A stretch of 64,000 nt of DNA from Eledone cirrhosa. Its lineage: Eukaryota. The stretch is from contig OZ024740.1 of the NCBI GenBank assembly GCA_964016885.1, positions 22,196,001-22,260,000 on the forward strand, given 5' to 3'. How positions within the stretch are numbered: position 1 is the first letter of the stretch; each line of letters begins with the position of its first letter. The notes under the pieces are model-generated. The model was not told where the DNA came from, made no database searches, and saw only the letters and a list, made by a program, of their open reading frames with translations. Of the stretch, positions 35,582 through 46,872 are shown piece by piece. The position numbers and the translations under genes were made by a program.

Positions 35582-35961
35582 TTTCTTTATTTGCCACAAG
35601 GGCGCACAAGAAAAGGGGACAATAGACATATGCCGGGTATTTTACATAGTCGTGTAAAAGTTTTAACATGCAAATATAACAATCGAAATCCTCAAAAGGG
35701 GGCGGGGGAGGCATTACAAATGGGTTGTTTAATACCCCGTAGATAGAACTCAACTACAGGAGCATGTTGTGCAAGTGCTCCTTTCTTCCTTTTGCTCTCT
35801 TCAACCTACAGGTTTATATACAGTAAGGCCCAATCACTCGGACCATTCTCGCCACATTCACTCACCTTTCAGTAAATTTACTGGGGTGCAGTACCTCTCT
35901 CTCTACTCTGATTCTCCTTCTAAAGTGGTACCTAAAAAAGGGAATGAGTTGTTGTCCGGAG
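35582..35961 (-). mobile_element. 5'-truncated solo copy of the same Tx1-like family (ORF2 tip plus 3' UTR)
   Basis: Minus strand encodes SGQQLIPFFRYHFRRRIRVEREVLHPSKF..VARMVRV and ends GTGGCAAATAAAGAAAT like copies A-D. Confidence 0.88.
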
Positions 35962-36523
35962 TGAGATTGTATAGACAGACGGTTACTAATGTCTAGTATA
36001 TTTAAGTGGTTGGCTTTAAATCTTTAGGTTTATTCTATTGTATACTGTATGCAATGTATGGTCTTGCAACTCCCAGCATTTCTAGAGCATCTGAAAACCT
36101 GGCGGAGCTCAGCCCTCTCCATGTCTGAATACAGCAGATTTCTTCCAGAGGAGAGTGAGAGAATGGAGAAAAGATATAGGGGAAGAATTGACCCAGTACT
36201 TGACTGGTACTTTATCAACTTGGACTGTATGAAAGGTAAAAATTGACCAAGTATATTGTATAATCTGGTCATACGATTATTTCTGATACGTCATTGTACT
36301 CCATTTGAGACAGGATAGCTTCCTTATAGTTTATAATTATGTATCCCCCCCCCCCCAATTACACGCAAGTTGTATCATTCATGCCTCTCCAGTAACATTC
36401 CCTATCATATACATCTAATCTGTTCAATGCACTTGACATATTTGTTTGAGCCTTTATGGAGATACAGGAGATTGAGTCATGTCAGCTTTATTGATCTCAG
36501 GCTGTGGCTTGTACTCAGAACAC

Positions 36524-36813
36524 CAGGGCCGGATTTAATGGGGTGCAATTGCCGCGGGCTCCCCTGTAGTTGGGGGCCCCCACCAGCGATGGCCGTAGCA
36601 AGTTATTTGTGCCTCCGGCTAGGCTTTTTAGTTTTAGGATAGTTAGAAGTTTTGAATTTAATACCTGTATGTATAACTTTTCAATTCCAATTACTTGCAC
36701 CAAGCTAACTTTGATATGTAAAATTGGGGGTTTTCTGTGTATTTTAATTTTTTGTGTATGTGGGGAGCCCTAACCTGAAGTGCTCCGGGCCCGAAGGTCT
36801 AAATCCAACGCTG
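36524..36813. mobile_element. hAT-like MITE
   Basis: Terminal inverted repeats CAGGGCCGGATTTA / TAAATCCAACGCTG; 8-bp target duplication cagaacac/cataacac; related pieces at about 27530-27830 (-) and 48250-48405. Confidence 0.7.
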
Positions 36814-37729
36814 CATAACACCGCTTTTCCCTCACAAAAAATTGAACTTAGATTGCAAATGCAGTTCACCATGAGCTTACCACACCTTTCATACTCATTT
36901 GGTAGTGTCAAGTGCTGTTTCGAGACCTACCGAGGTCAAACTTGCCATTCATACTTTCGAGGTTGATAAAAAAAGTACATGTCTATTACTGGGCACGATT
37001 CTTCCTCTATTTCTTCCTCACTTCATCTCACCTTCTGTAAATGAAGTCAGCTGTGTTCACACCTGGAGAGGGGATGTAAAATAGAGAATATATAATTTTT
37101 TCTTAAAATGAAAATTCTAAGACAATTATATTTTCTAGTCTGTAAATATCTCTAGTTTACATAACTGTTTAAACCCTGTTTGTAAGAAAATTGCACTTTT
37201 TCACGCGAGTCTTCTATGGTGGTCACGGAGAGATAGGCTCCGCAAAATGTTGAAATCCCCAACACCCGCCGTGCGTCAACGCAAACGAGGTCATAAAGCA
37301 GGGCTTGGACGCTGCAGACTTCCCCTCCCAGCTCGAGCCGGTGGGGATGGACCGAGGGGATGGCAAAAGGCCAGTCGTATGACCATCTTCCTGTTCCGCG
37401 GTGGCAAACTCCTCGACCGGGATCCCACTTGCAGCGACACTTTCTCCAGCTGACGTAAAATATCTATTAATATAATTTAGGGATTGTTACGTCAAAATAC
37501 TGTTGGTTCCCCAAAGTGAGCACTCGATGTATGGTTTCTAGTATGTACTTTGGTGTTGTAGTATGTACTAAGCAGAGCTCTGAGCTTTTGATTTCAGTCG
37601 GGCTCGATCAATAGAGATCGAACATTGAGCTGATGAATCGCAAACTCGCATCATACCTGAATAAACTTGAGGATTTGACACCTCGTCCATACTTATTACT
37701 ATTAATAATATTATTACTATTAATAAAAA

Positions 37730-37910
37730 GGTGATGGATTGGCAGTATCGATAGAGGGTCGGACGCCATGCTTTGCAACAAAGAGTTACGCCCCTTTATG
37801 ATCTGAGTTCAAATCCCGCCGAGGTTAACTTTGCCTTTCATCCTTACGGGGTCGATAAAATAAAGTACCAGTAATGCACTGGGTAATTGTTGCCAAAAGT
37901 AGAAACAATT
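37730..37910 (+). mobile_element. SINE family B
   Basis: Near-consensus copy 50 bp upstream of exon 3. Confidence 0.85.
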
Positions 37911-37960
37911 GTTACTATTAATAAATATTTTTTTCTTCCTCGTTCCTTTATTCAATGAAG

Positions 37961-38064
37961 TCAAATTGTAGCAACGGTGAGCAAGATATCGGCAAATGTT
38001 GCGAAGAATGTTTAAGTCTTGGTGCTGATCGTTACAACCAGTTGTACACATCATATTCCTGGTC
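37961..38064 (+). CDS. MFSD1-like exon 3 (SNCSNGEQDIGKCCEECLSLGADRYNQLYTSYSWS)
   Basis: aatgaag| ... tc|gtgagt; phase 0 to phase 2; LY.SYSW motif at the start of TM2. Confidence 0.85.
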
Positions 38065-39208
38065 GTGAGTATACTTAACTTTCAAATAATTCTGTTCTGG
38101 TTATTGGGCTACAGCCATTGCTAGGACTTCTCCTTCCTCTATTTGAGGTCATTATCAATTCCTCCCCCACCGCACATCGATAAATTGGCAGTATCGGTAA
38201 AAGATTGGACATGCTTTGCGGCATAGTTACGTCCCTTTACGTTCTGAGTTCAAATCCTGCAGCGGTTAACTTTACCTCTCATTCTTCTGAGCTCTAAGCA
38301 CCAGTAACGCACTGTGGTCGATTTAATCGACTTTCCTCTTCACCCAAAATTGTTGGCCTGGTGTTTTAAATCAGAGACCATTATCAACAGCCTAGCATAT
38401 CTAATTATTGGTGAGGTGACCTTAAGATTTATATATTACTTTGAAAATTTGAGTCCTTACTGTCTCCACGTTTTAAGTATTAGATTTCATTCAAAATATT
38501 TTAAAGCAAATCTCTGATGGCCAATCATTTTCACGAGAACTGTGAGTCACCAAATATAAATTTACTTCTAATTACTGTATACAACACAATATGACATAAA
38601 ACTGTCAGCAGGCGGTCAAAAGCTTAGTATAGCTCATTGATAGTACATTTAAATTCTGTTGTGCATCACTGAAGTAAATACTACAGGTTCTCGGACCTGC
38701 CAACCTCTAAACTCAAACGAGGAGTACCATGAAAAAAGTGTCCCAAAACGGGGAGAAATGAGGCAAAATGGGTAGATTTTACATAATGAAAGCTATAGCT
38801 ATTTACACAAGAGACATCTTTCACCTACCCCTAAGTGGTCTGGGTTAATGTGGGTTATGAGGAAAAGAAATGGTAAACACTCTTAATGTAACGGGTAACA
38901 TTGTTACTTATGGTTCAACTTTCATCAGTGGGTTTATTCTTGTCTTAAATCGGTGTTATATAATATAAATCCCCGTTTCACATCAAATTGCCCTTAAGCA
39001 GAGGACACATTTATAGATATTGTAGATACTCTGAAAACATCTGGAAAGCCTTTGATTTGGAAAGTCTACTCGAGCAAACTTTAGCTGGGGTAACTAACAA
39101 TACGACCCGCTTCCGTTGCACAAATGTGGGCACTGTCCCATCCCGTTTATCTAATCAAAATAAGGTAGTTACTATAGCGACAACCGTACATTCCAGTTGT
39201 ATTTGGTA

Positions 39209-39734
39209 CTAGCAGTAAAGCCCGGCGTTGCTCGGGGTCGCTCAGTAGCTGTGTTAAAGTTACAATGTTAAGTTTCTTTTTTGGCTTAAAAACTGTAGTG
39301 TCTACTGTGCAGACTTGCATGTGGTGTTTTTGATTAATATTCCCTCGACCAACAATATGCCTTATGAAGTTAAGAAAACATAACGATAACCCGAATGTTA
39401 TAACAAAAGAGAATGCTGGGGATTAAAAACTGCACTGGTTATTTATTAACAAAGATCGAAAATGTAAACACTGCAACGCAGAGAAAAACAACTTAAGACG
39501 CTCAATGTAAACAGAACAAAGGGAAATAACTCGTCACTTACGCTCAAAATTCGATACATTAGATTCGATTTCGTCACATAGGGTGGGTCAATTTGAAATA
39601 TTTTTTTTCCGATGTCTTCGCTAGGGCTCAATATACAAGTATAGCAATTTCGGTGCAATTCCGTCAGAGATTCTAAGAGGAGATGTGTGCCAAAAATCGA
39701 TAGACAGACAGACAACCACAGCTTTATATATATA
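39209..39734 (-). mobile_element. Non-autonomous Helitron, copy 1 (internally shorter)
   Basis: Minus-strand 3' end CTAG|T preceded by hairpin CCCGAGCAACGCCGGG; near-identical to the next copy. Confidence 0.8.
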
Positions 39735-40600
39735 CTAGCAGTAAAGCCCGGCGTTGCTCGGGGTCGCTCAGTAGCTGTGTTAAAGTTACAATGTTAAGTT
39801 TCTTTCTTGGCTTAAAAACTGTAGTGTCTACTGTGCAGACTTGCATGTGGTGTTTTTGATTAATATTCCCTCAACCAACAATATGCCTTATGAAGTTAAG
39901 AAAACATAACGATAACCCGAATGTTATAACAAAATGCTGGGGATAGAAACTGCACTGGTTATTTATTAACAAAGATCGAAAACGTAAACACTGCAACGCA
40001 GAGAAAAACATTAGCGTAACCAAATTATCAGTTATGTCTGTCTGCACGCCTATATCACCTTTCTGCACGACTGTCTGTCTGCACACCTATATCACCTTTC
40101 TGCACGACTATCTGTCTGCACGCGTATATCACCTCTCTGCACGACTGTCTGTCTGCACGACTGTCTGTCTGCACGCCTAACGACGAAATATTTGCTTGTT
40201 TTACGTAGTCTTTAAATAGACTTGTTTTCAAGTAAAAATATTGTTTTAAAATGCTTTTAAATGGAAATGAAGCAAAACGGAAGCTTAGTGTTCGAACTGA
40301 TGAATTTTGCAGGTCAATATTTTGCTGGCTCGACAACTGTTAAAGCCAGCGTAATTTTTTACGTAAGACGCTCAATGTAAACAGAACAAAGGGAAATAAC
40401 TGATAACTTACGCTCAAAAATCGATACATTATATTCGATTTCGTCACATAGGGTGGGTCAATTTGAAATTTTTTTTTTCCCGATGTCTTCGCTAGGGCTC
40501 AATGTACAAGTATAGCAATTTCGGTGCAATTCCGTGAGAGATTCTAAGAGATGTGTGCCAAAAATCGATAGACAGACAACCACAGTTTTATATATATAGA
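39735..40600 (-). mobile_element. Non-autonomous Helitron, copy 2
   Basis: 5' A|TC at 40601/40600, 3' hairpin plus CTAG; extra segment of about 350 bp (40011-40362) with TCTGCACG/CTGT repeats. Confidence 0.82.
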
Positions 40601-40899
40601 TAAGTTGAGCTTTAGAAAATAGTGAAATAGGTTAGTCGTCTGAAGTTTTCCAACACCGGGGTGATCAATATTATATAAATATTTGTCAGTATCGGTAGAG
40701 GGTCGGGCATGCTGTCCAGCATAGTTACGTCCCTTTACCATCTGAGTTCAAATACCGCCGAGATTAACTTTGCCTTTCATCCTTACGGGGTCGATAAAGT
40801 ACCAGTAATGTACTAGGTAATTGCTGGCATTGTGCCAAAAGTAGAAACAATTATATAAATATTAAACCCTTTCAAAATAAAATTGATAATTATTCTTGC

Positions 40900-41099
40900 A
40901 TTCATGAGTTTTATATCGAATAATATTAGATTCGTTTGCAAGCAAACAGCCTCATTACACTGTTTATTTATTTTTTTTTAGATGACCATCACGATCCTTT
41001 TGTTCTAGTGGTGACAGCCTCATTACACTGTTTCTTTAGATGACCATCGCCATCCTTTTGCAAACGAATCGAATATTATTCGATATAAAACTCACGAAT
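40900..41099. mobile_element. MITE with about 40-bp terminal inverted repeats
   Basis: ATTCATGAGTTTTATATCGAATAATATTAGATTCGTTTGCAA vs TTGCAAACGAATCGAATATTATTCGATATAAAACTCACGAAT; a relative lies at about 26965-27125. Confidence 0.7.
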
Positions 41100-41181
41100 A
41101 CATTTATGTATCCGCAATGCTAGAGCGGGAAACGCAATTCTAATTTTGTTTTAATTCTATTTTCATTTTTATTTCCACAAG

Positions 41182-41237
41182 AAATGCCTGCGTTGTGATT
41201 TTCTCAGGATTTCTCACAGACAAGTTCGGCCACACGA
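41182..41237 (+). CDS. MFSD1-like exon 4 (NACVVIFSGFLTDKFGHT; MFS motif A)
   Basis: ccacaag| ... a|gtaagt; phase 2 to phase 1; GxLxDKFG. Confidence 0.9.
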
Positions 41238-41589
41238 GTAAGTTCAAACATTTTCCTATTTCTTTCGTTTACCATGGAAGCTGAGAATTCGACACTCCTC
41301 ATAACATTTAAAGACTTTAGTTTAATTGCAAAATTACAAAAAACAAATTTTCAGATAAAGGGATTTTTCAAGAAATAGAGAAAAAAGTGATGTTTCTAAA
41401 GCTCAACTTATACCAAATACAACTGGAATGTACGGTTGTCGCTATAGTAACTGCGTTATTTTGATTAGATAAACGGGATGGAACAGTGCCACATTTGTGC
41501 AACGGAAGCGGGTCGTATTGTTAGTTACCCCAGCTAAAGTCTGCTCGAGTAGACTTTCCAAATCGAAGGCTTTCCACCTTCAACTAATA

Positions 41590-41940
41590 CCCTCCACCTC
41601 TGGGTCCCAGCCAACAGGATAAAGAATATATTGCTCCGGGAGTGGGCGAGGGAGAACCGCTAGAACAGCCACTGCTCTTCGCGGATCTTGCACATGTGGG
41701 CGGCCAACTCCTCTCCGATAGCAGTGAATGTAGTCCAGGGGGCCAACAACACCGGAAGTGTCCACTGATACAGGCTCTACCACACAAACATACCAGAGCG
41801 GTCGATACTTGGATAGTTTACCCTCTTCGGCTTGGTCTCTCTTGCCGTCGCCCACTCGGTCCAGCCCCGCTGGCTCAAGCCTGCGCCGTCTAGACCATGT
41901 TTTATGATCTCGTTGAGCAGCATGGGTGGGAGGCGACCAG
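41590..41940 (-). mobile_element. CRE-like retrotransposon 3' relic
   Basis: GDGKRDQAEEGKLSKY..EPVSVDTSGVVGP, homologous to 21355-21700. Confidence 0.55.
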
Positions 41941-42164
41941 AACTGCTCTTAATTATGTTTCTACTTTTGGCACAAGGCCAGCAATTACCCAGTACATTAC
42001 TGGTACTTTATTTTATCGACCCCGTAAGGACGAAAGGACGATTTTATCGACCCCGTAAGGACGAAATAAAGGTACTAAATGTACTAAATTTTGCTTTGTA
42101 CCCACGTAGTTCCGAGTTCGATTCCATTGTGCGTTACTTTGGGCGAATGCTTTTCTCTTTTCGT

Positions 42165-45100
42165 ATCTCTCTGCTCTCCCTTTCTCGTCTCCCTGCTCTC
42201 CCTTTCTCGTCTCCCTGCTCTCCCTTTCTCGTCTCCCTGCTCTCCCTTTCTCGTCTCCCTGCTCTCCCTTTCTCGTCTCCCTGCTCTCCCTTTCTCGTCT
42301 CCCTGCTCTCCCTTTCTTGTCTCCCTGCTCTCCCTTTCTTGTCTCCCTGCTCTCCCTTTCTTGTCTCCCTGCTCTCCCTTTCTTGTCTCCCTGCTCTCCC
42401 TTTCTTGTCTCCCTGCTCTCCCTTTCTTGTCTCCCTGCTCTCCCTTTCTTGTCTCCCTGCTCTCCCTTTCTTGTCTCCCTGCTCTCCCTTTCTTGTCTCC
42501 CCGCTCTCCCTTTCTTGTCTCCCCGCTCTCCCTTTCTTGTCTCCCCGCTCTCCCTTTCTTGTCTCCCCGCTCTCCCTTTCTTGTCTCCCCGCTCTCCCTT
42601 TCTTGTCTCCCCGCTCTCCCTTTCTTGTCTCCCCGCTCTCCCTTTCTTGTCTCCCCGCTCTCCCTTTCTTGTCTCCCCGCTCTCCCTTTCTTGTCTCCCC
42701 GCTCTCCCTTTCTTGTCTCCCCGCTCTCCCTTTCTTGTCTCCCCGCTCTCCTTTTCTTGTCTCCCCGCTCTCCTTTTCTTGTCTCCCCGCTCTCCTTTTC
42801 TTGTCTCCCCGCTCTCCTTTTCTTGTCTTCCCGCTCTCCTTTTCTTGTCTTTCTCCGCTCGCCTTTTCTTGTCTTCCCGCTCTCCTTTTCTTGTCTTTCT
42901 CCGCTCTCCTTTTCTTGTCTTTCTCCGCTCTCCTTTTCTTGTCTTTCTCCGCTCTCCTTTTCTTGTCTTTCTCCGCTCTCCTTTTCTTGTCTTTCTCCGC
43001 TCTCCTTTTCTTGTCTTTCTCCGCTCTCCTTTTCTTGTCTTTCTCCGCTCTCCTTTTCTTGTCTTTCTCCGCTCTCCTTTTCTTGTCTTTCTCCGCTCTC
43101 CTTTTCTTGTCTTTCTCCGCTCTCATTTTCTTGTCTTTCTCCGCTCTCCTTTTCTTGTCTTTCTCCGCTCTCCTTTTCTTGTCTTTCTCCGCTCTCCTTT
43201 TCTTGTCTTTCTCCGCTCTCCTTTTCTTGTCTTTCTCCGCTCTCCTTTTCTTGTCTTTCTCCGCTCTCCTTTTCTTGTCTTTCTCCGCTCTCCTTTTCTT
43301 GTCTTTCTCCGCTCTCCTTTTCTTGTCTTTCTCCGCTCTCCTTTTCTTGTCTTTCTCCGCTCTCCTTTTCTTGTCTTTCTCCGCTCCCCTTTTTCTTGTC
43401 TTTCTCCGCTCCCCCTTTTTCTTGTCTTTCTCCGCTCCCCTTTTTCTTGTCTTTCTCCGCTCCCCCTTTTTCTTGTCTTTCTCCGCTCCCCCTTTTTCTT
43501 GTCTTTCTCCGCTCTCCTTTTCTTGTCTTTCTCCGCTCCCCTTTTTCTTGTCTTTCTCCGCTCCCCTTTTTCTTGTCTTTCTCCGCTCCCCCTTTTTCTT
43601 GTCTTTCTCCGCTCCCCTTTTTCTTGTCTTTCTCCGCTCCCCCTTTTTCTTGTCTTTCTCCGCTCCCCTTTTTCTTGTCTTTCTCCGCTCTCCCTTTTTC
43701 TTGTCTTTCTCCGCTCTCCCTTTTTCTTGTCTTTCTCCGCTCTCCCTTTTTCTTGTCTTTCTCCGCTCTCCCTTTTTCTTGTCTTTCTCCGCTCTCCCTT
43801 TTTCTTGTCTTTCTCCGCTCTCCCTTTTTCTTGTCTTTCTCCGCTCTCCCTTTTTCTTGTCTTTCTCCGCTCTCCCTTTTTCTTGTCTTTCTCCGCTCTC
43901 CCTTTTTCTTGTCTTTCTCCGCTCTCCCTTTTTCTTGTCTTTCTCCGCTCTCCCTTTTTCTTGTCTTTCTCCGCTCTCCCTTTTTCTTGTCTTTCTCCGC
44001 TCTCCCTTTTTCTTGTCTTTCTCCGCTCTCCCTTTTTCTTGTCTTTCTCCGCTCTCCCTTTTTCTTGTCTTTCTCCGCTCTCCCTTTTTCTTGTCTTTCT
44101 CCGCTCTCCCTTTTTCTTGTCTTTCTCCGCTCTCCCTTTTTCTTGTCTTTCTCCGCTCTCCCTTTTTCTTGTCTTTCTCCGCTCTCCCTTTTTCTTGTCT
44201 TTCTCCGCTCTCCCTTTTCTTGTCTTTCTCCGCTCTCCCTTTTTCTTGTCTTTCTCCGCTCTCCCTTTTTCTTGTCTTTCTCCGCTCTCCCTTTTTCTTG
44301 TCTTTCTCCGCTCTCCCTTTTTCTTGTCTTTCTCCGCTCTCCCTTTTTCTTGTCTTTCTCCGCTCTCCCTTTTTCTTGTCTTTCTCCGCTCTCCCTTTTT
44401 CTTGTCTTTCTCCGCTCTCCCTTTTTCTTGTCTTTCTCCGCTCTCCCTTTTTCTTGTCTTTCTCCGCTCTCCCTTTTTCTTGTCTTTCTCCGCTCTCCCT
44501 TTTTCTTGTCTTTCTCCGCTCTCCCTTTTTCTTGTCTTTCTCCGCTCTCCCTTTTTCTTGTCTTTCTCCGCTCTCCCTTTTTCTTGTCTTTCTCCGCTCT
44601 CCCTTTTTCTTGTCTTTCTCCGCTCTCCCTTTTTCTTGTCTTTCTCCGCTCTCCCTTTTTCTTGTCTTTCTCCGCTCTCCCTTTTTCTTGTCTTTCTCCG
44701 CTCTCCCTTTTTCTTGTCTTTCTCCGCTCTCCCTTTTTCTTGTCTTTCTCCGCTCTCCCTTTTTCTTGTCTTTCTCCGCTCTCCCTTTTTCTTGTCTTTC
44801 TCCGCTCTCCCTTTTTCTTGTCTTTCTCCGCTCTCCCTTTTTCTTGTCTTTCTCCGCTCTCCCTTTTTCTTGTCTTTCTCCGCTCTCCCTTTTTCTTGTC
44901 TTTCTCCGCTCTCCCTTTTTCTTGTCTTTCTCCGCTCTCCCTTTTTCTTGTCTTTCTCCGCTCTCCCTTTTTCTTGTCTTTCTCCGCTCTCCTTTTTTCT
45001 TGTCTTTCTCCGCTCTCCTTTTTTCTTGTCTTTCTCCGCTCTCCCTTTTTCTTGTCTTTCTCCGCTCTCCCTTTTTCTTGTCTTTCTCCGCTCTCCCTTT

Positions 45101-45600
45101 TTCTTGTCTTTCTCCGCTCTCTCTTTTTTCTTGTCTTTCTCGGCTCTCTCTTTTTTCTTGTCTTTCTCCGCTCTCTCTTTTTTCTTGTCTTTCTCCGCTC
45201 TCTCCTTTTTCTTGTCTTTCTCCGCTCTCTTCTTTTTCTTGTCTTTCTCCGCTCTCTTCTTTTTCTTGTCTTTCTCCGCTCTCTTCTTTTTCTTGTCTTT
45301 CTCCGCTCTCCCTTTTTCTTGTCTTTCTCCGCTCTCCCTTTTTCTTGTCTTTCTCCGCTCTCCCTTTTTCTTGTCTTTCTCCGCTCTCCCTTTTTCTTGT
45401 CTTTCTCCGCTCTCCCTTTTTCTTGTCTTTCTCCGCTCTCCCTTTTTCTTGTCTTTCTCCGCTCTCCCTTTTTCTTGTCTTTCTCCGCTCTCCCTTTTTC
45501 TTGTCTTTCTCCGCTCTCCCTTTTTCTTGTCTTTCTCTGCTCTCCCTTTATCTTGTCTTTTCTTTGCTATTGTCTTTTCTCCGCTCTCCCTTTGTCCTTA
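42165..45600. repeat. Pyrimidine-rich minisatellite; unit grows from 22 to 24 to 26 bp (e.g. CTTTCTCCGCTCTCCCTTTTTCTTGT)
   Basis: Periodicity read directly; stop-free frames are an artefact of the near absence of A. Confidence 0.97.
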
Positions 45601-46571
45601 CTCTTCGTCTCTTGCTTGCTCTCTATCTCTTTGCGCTCTCTTTCTTCTCCCAATCTCTCCCGTTTTCTACCTGTTCTCCTTTTTCTCTCCCCTTACTGAC
45701 ACAAACTTTAAATAACAATACATCTTAAACTAAACTCGTGGGCCATAAAGGTGTGGTCTATTCTATCATAGACACAAGACCAATCATATTGACCCCAGTA
45801 CTTGACTTTCATCGCCCCCACCCTCTTTTACTTCGAAGAGGGAACAGAATTAAACTTCGTTACCATATTTGTAATAAAATATACTGCCTATGATTTTCAA
45901 CTAATTTCAAAATTAACCGAACACTTGTCGGGATTTAAGGAGTCATTTTTAATGTTTACAACATTTAAGTTGTATAACATTCAGTAGAGGGTCGGACGCC
46001 ATGCTTTGACGCATAGTTACGTCCCTTGCCATTCTGAGTTCAAATCCCGCCGAGGTTAACTTTGCCTTTCATCCTTACGGAGTCGATAAAATAAAGTACC
46101 AGTAAATGTACTTGGTAATTGCTGGCCTTGTGCCAAAAGTAGAAACAATTATGATGGAAGGTATTAAGGGTGATCTTAGATTTTGCTGATTAGAAAAAAT
46201 AATTTTATTTATTTAAAAACCACGATTTCTTTGCAGGATACTGTATACCGTATTATATTCGTGCGCATATTGACATATTTTTCACAAATTTAGTAATATA
46301 TATATATATATTTAAAAGTTAAACAGGGTTCAATGAATACATCAAAGAATGAGTTTTACAATAGATAGGAAAACCTTTTTCTGTTGAGTGCTTCCAGAGT
46401 TATTAATATTAATTCAAAATATTAACAAAATGGATATTCTTGTGATCAATTATATTTTATTATACATATTTCAGAGGTACTGAGTTAAGTTCGGCAGTAC
46501 GTCCTCATCAGATAAAATAAGATGTTGCATGACAACCATCTATGTCAGGGTATAAGATTCAGTCATGATAG

Positions 46572-46620
<49 letters not shown>

Positions 46621-46753
46621 GAAAATGAGGTTTTTTTTTTTACAAAAATGAAAAATAACCGAGGTGTCCTACACGAGTGAAAGTATAAAGAAAAAGATGA
46701 AATCGAAAATGCAACTGGAGTCTTAATTTTTTTAAATATATATATTTATTTGG

Positions 46754-46794
46754 TACCTTTACCGGTTTCGCAGTTCATCTGCTTTTCAAAAGTA
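46754..46794 (-). ncRNA. Minimal type I hammerhead ribozyme, U3-A8 core variant
   Basis: Minus strand: tactt-TTGAAAA-gcag atgaa ctgc-GAAA-CCGG-TA-aaggta, followed by AATAAA and (TA)n. Confidence 0.6.
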
Positions 46795-46836
46795 GAGTTG
46801 AGATGGAGGGTCTATGGTTTTTCTCACATCTTATTT

Positions 46837-46865
<29 letters not shown>

Positions 46866-46872
<7 letters not shown>

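Noticed and set aside
36029-36085. Candidate MFSD1-like exon (FILLYTVCNVWS)
   Set aside because: Phase does not fit exon 2; 37961-38064 fits both phases and the motif better
41832-45728. Three overlapping ORFs of 1100-1300 aa and a 330-aa antisense ORF
   Set aside because: Artefacts of an almost adenine-free tandem repeat that cannot form stop codons; the region is an intron
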